Assembly (NCBI GenBank): GCA_003568945.1
Contig: BDIP01000036.1
Location: 1-39,932, forward strand
Direction of reading: 5' to 3'
Source: Kipferlia bialata
Taxonomy: Eukaryota
DNA length: 39,932 nucleotides
Shown here: positions 37,601 through 39,932 of the stretch, in pieces
Layout of the letters: each line of letters begins with the position of its first letter
Numbering within the stretch: the first letter of the stretch is position 1
The notes under the pieces: generated by a model
What the model saw: the letters and a program-made list of their open reading frames with translations, nothing else
Told to the model about the DNA's origin: nothing
Database searches by the model: none
Program-made: the position numbers and the translations under genes

Positions 37601-38468
37601 TTGGGAGACGCCCGTCAATGAATGAGCACTTCTTTGATCACTTCATGCAGGCGACAAAGGATCGCAAAAAGGCTGACTCGAAGAGTGAGAGGATAGTGGA
37701 GTACACGATGCTCGTTAAGAACAGGTAATCCACCGTATACATTCTTACGCGGTACTGAGATTCATAGATGCTATCTCACTCCAGTGCCCTTCTTCTAGTG
37801 CCCCTGGTTGGCCCTAGTGCTGTCACCTGCTCTGACTACCTGACCTCCCCACCTCTATACGTTCCTGGTCTGCGTCACCTGTCTAGAGCCAACTACCTCA
37901 CCAACTGTATAGGCCTAGGGTGTCTTGTGTTTGTAGCACAGGCTGGGGGACTCACTACACCTGCGGAGTATATAGTGTATGCTGTGTACACCTACATTGC
38001 AATGCAGCTGTTCGATGCATGGAACGAGGCTAGAGAGGTGAGCCGGAGACATACACTGCACCCATTATAGTATTGTACACACAACATATGCATTTGTCTA
38101 TCCGCTGCGTCTATATATACTGTAGTACTGTTCCCCTCACTCGCAGGCCCACCGTGAGTACCGCCTCCGACTGCCGTTGATGTCGTCTTTCTGGTGAGTG
38201 TTTACGTGTATTGCACGGTGCAATTTGCACCTTGTGCACTATTTCTTCACCTAACACTGTTAGGCTAACAGGGTTATATCCATGAGTGTTACATTGTTTA
38301 GTGTACTAACTATATCTCAAACTCAGGTGGGCCATGGACCGCGTCTTCTCCCACCCCTTGGCACACGAGGAGGCACAGGCACAGGGGATGCGTCAACCCG
38401 TCAAGGCAGTGCCACTGCTCATGTTATCAACGCTTGATGACACCACCCTCCCATACTTGACCGTGTAG
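31650..38468 (+). CDS. Large cell-surface protein: signal peptide, ~1200-aa S/T/D/V-rich ectodomain, multi-pass transmembrane C-terminus
   Basis: ATG 31650 MLRVLVCLCLCVVCVCDG (signal-peptide-like). Phase-consistent GT-AG introns at 31903-32120, 32511-32579, 36145-36203, 36470-36567, 37342-37415, 37725-37784, then two more introns after ~38037. These join the 1346-, 127-, 241-, 165- and 100-aa ORFs. The protein ends ...DDTTLPYLTV* (TAG 38466-38468). Many hydrophobic 20-aa segments occur from ~35620 onward. Confidence 0.8.
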
Positions 38469-39184
38469 AGAATGATGACCGTGTAGAGTATATGTTTGGT
38501 CCTAGCGTGTGATAGTGAGTGAACGAAGCATTTGTGAATGAAAGCATCCTTCGAACCAGAGTCTCTCGAGTTGAGAGTTGTTGTGTATAAATAGGTGTGT
38601 CAAAAGGTAACATCTGATATTGAGTGTCGCACTTATACCATACAATGTGGCGACTCTCATGAACAGTGGCAATCTGTGAGTACACCGCCTGTCACCTCAA
38701 CCTCTACATATGTATATACATCATTATATACATCATTATATACATCCTTGTCTGTGAACACAGGTGTCAGCGAAGGTTTATGAGTATATGGGAGGCTCAA
38801 TGACTGTCATCTCTAGCCGAGACTCTCCACATACTGATGTCTAAGTCTCTACTCTAGTATGTCCTTGGCCTGGGAACTATCATGCAGCCCAACGATAGTA
38901 CCCTACCCCCCAAGTTGACTGGTTCATTAGGGGTAGGGGACGAGGAATACTGTGACAATACATCGAAACTACTCAGTGGCAGATAAAATCCATTTCTATT
39001 TTGGCTCGATTCCCAAGGATTCTCAAATCGATAAAATCCATTTTTACTCATCAATATTGAAGATAAATCTTAAATCCAAAATAACTTTAGTCCAGAAAGC
39101 TGTAAAATCGACAGTAGTGATACAAATACTATAGAACTCTATTCGTTAATCGCAACACTGCAAGAAGTAAGATCTCGCTGCGAA

Positions 39185-39187
<3 letters not shown>

Positions 39188-39231
<44 letters not shown>
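39188..39231 (+). repeat. (TC)n microsatellite, representative of many (CT)n/(GA)n/(AT)n tracts in the window
   Basis: Perfect dinucleotide run; similar runs at ~9485-9529 and ~22504-22552. Confidence 0.95.
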
Positions 39232-39233
<2 letters not shown>

Positions 39234-39367
39234 GTCCATGGTAAAGGAATATCACACACCACACACACGGTGCACAGAAGAGGGCTCTCTCTCTCTCTCA
39301 CTGTGACTCATACACACTATCTGATCTTCTCAGACTGTCTCCTTCTCTCTCTCTCTCTCTCTCTCTC

Positions 39368-39917
39368 TTAGTCAGAGCTGGAGCCGTCTCCCTCCCCTGT
39401 GGCCTGGGCCAGTCTCTTGCTGGGGGTGAGAATGGATCAAAGCACGCTACACTATGATGTGTGACGCGAGGGTCGAGGCTACAGCATATATATAGAGAAG
39501 TCATAGAAGTATACTTACTTATTAGCTAATGTAATAGTATACCTGATCATGTGGAAGTCTGGTCTGACGTTGGGATCCAGCTCCAGACAGTACTGGGCAA
39601 CCTCCACAAGGTCCTGGGTGGTAAGAGGAAGACAGAAAGAGAGAGAGACTGAGACTGAGAGAGGTGCATGGCAAGTGTCCTAGGGGGTGAGGTGATGGCG
39701 GACTAGGAAATAGACCCATTAAACACACACACAAACACAATGAATATATATATATATAGTACGTGCGTACCGGAGGACAGTCCTCAGGGATGTACTGGGG
39801 CATATATATATGTGTGTGTATACACATGTATATATTGATATCCATATATACACTTGCATGTATACATATATACACATATATACATATGCGTACCGGGGGA
39901 CAGTCCTCAGGTATGTA
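39368..39917 (-). CDS. 3' end of a protein kinase (TKL/tyrosine-kinase-like subdomains X-XI); gene continues beyond the window
   Basis: Exons 39894-39917 (YIPEDCPP), 39543-39613 (DLVEVAQYCLELDPNVRPDFHMI) and 39368-39419 (SKRLAQATGEGDGSSSD*) match the P-x-x-CP...C-x-x-x-DP-x-x-RP-x-F kinase C-lobe pattern. Confidence 0.8.
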
Positions 39918-39932
39918 CTGGGGTGTGAATGG

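Noticed and set aside
37768..38070. Stop at 38070 as the end of the membrane-protein gene
   Set aside because: A donor at ~38038 and two further phase-compatible exons extend the frame to TAG 38466-38468.

Overview
Eukaryotic, very intron-rich genomic DNA: short exons, GT-AG introns with a CT(C/A/G)AC branch motif just upstream of the AG, and abundant (CT)n/(AT)n microsatellites. The style suggests a free-living metamonad such as Kipferlia, but the organism is my inference. The ORF track is mostly noise, so I spliced the genes by hand. Contents: (1) a poorly resolved minus-strand hypothetical gene at the left edge; (2) a ~13.7-kb minus-strand gene fusing an N-terminal Schlafen/AlbA_2 nuclease-like domain (putative catalytic E-E-D retained) to a complete DEAH/RHA-family DExH RNA helicase; (3) head-to-head with it, a ~13.7-kb plus-strand gene for a highly degenerate dynein-heavy-chain-like protein with only the AAA4-to-C-terminus portion and no recognisable P-loop; (4) a small minus-strand hypothetical gene spanning an assembly gap; (5) an intron-poor gene for a large signal-peptide, S/T/D-rich ectodomain, multi-pass membrane protein; (6) the 3' end of a TKL-like protein kinase. 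The introns of genes 2, 3 and 6 contain dozens of partial copies of the neighbouring exon ends. These copies keep the splice site and differ from the real exon mostly at synonymous codon positions.
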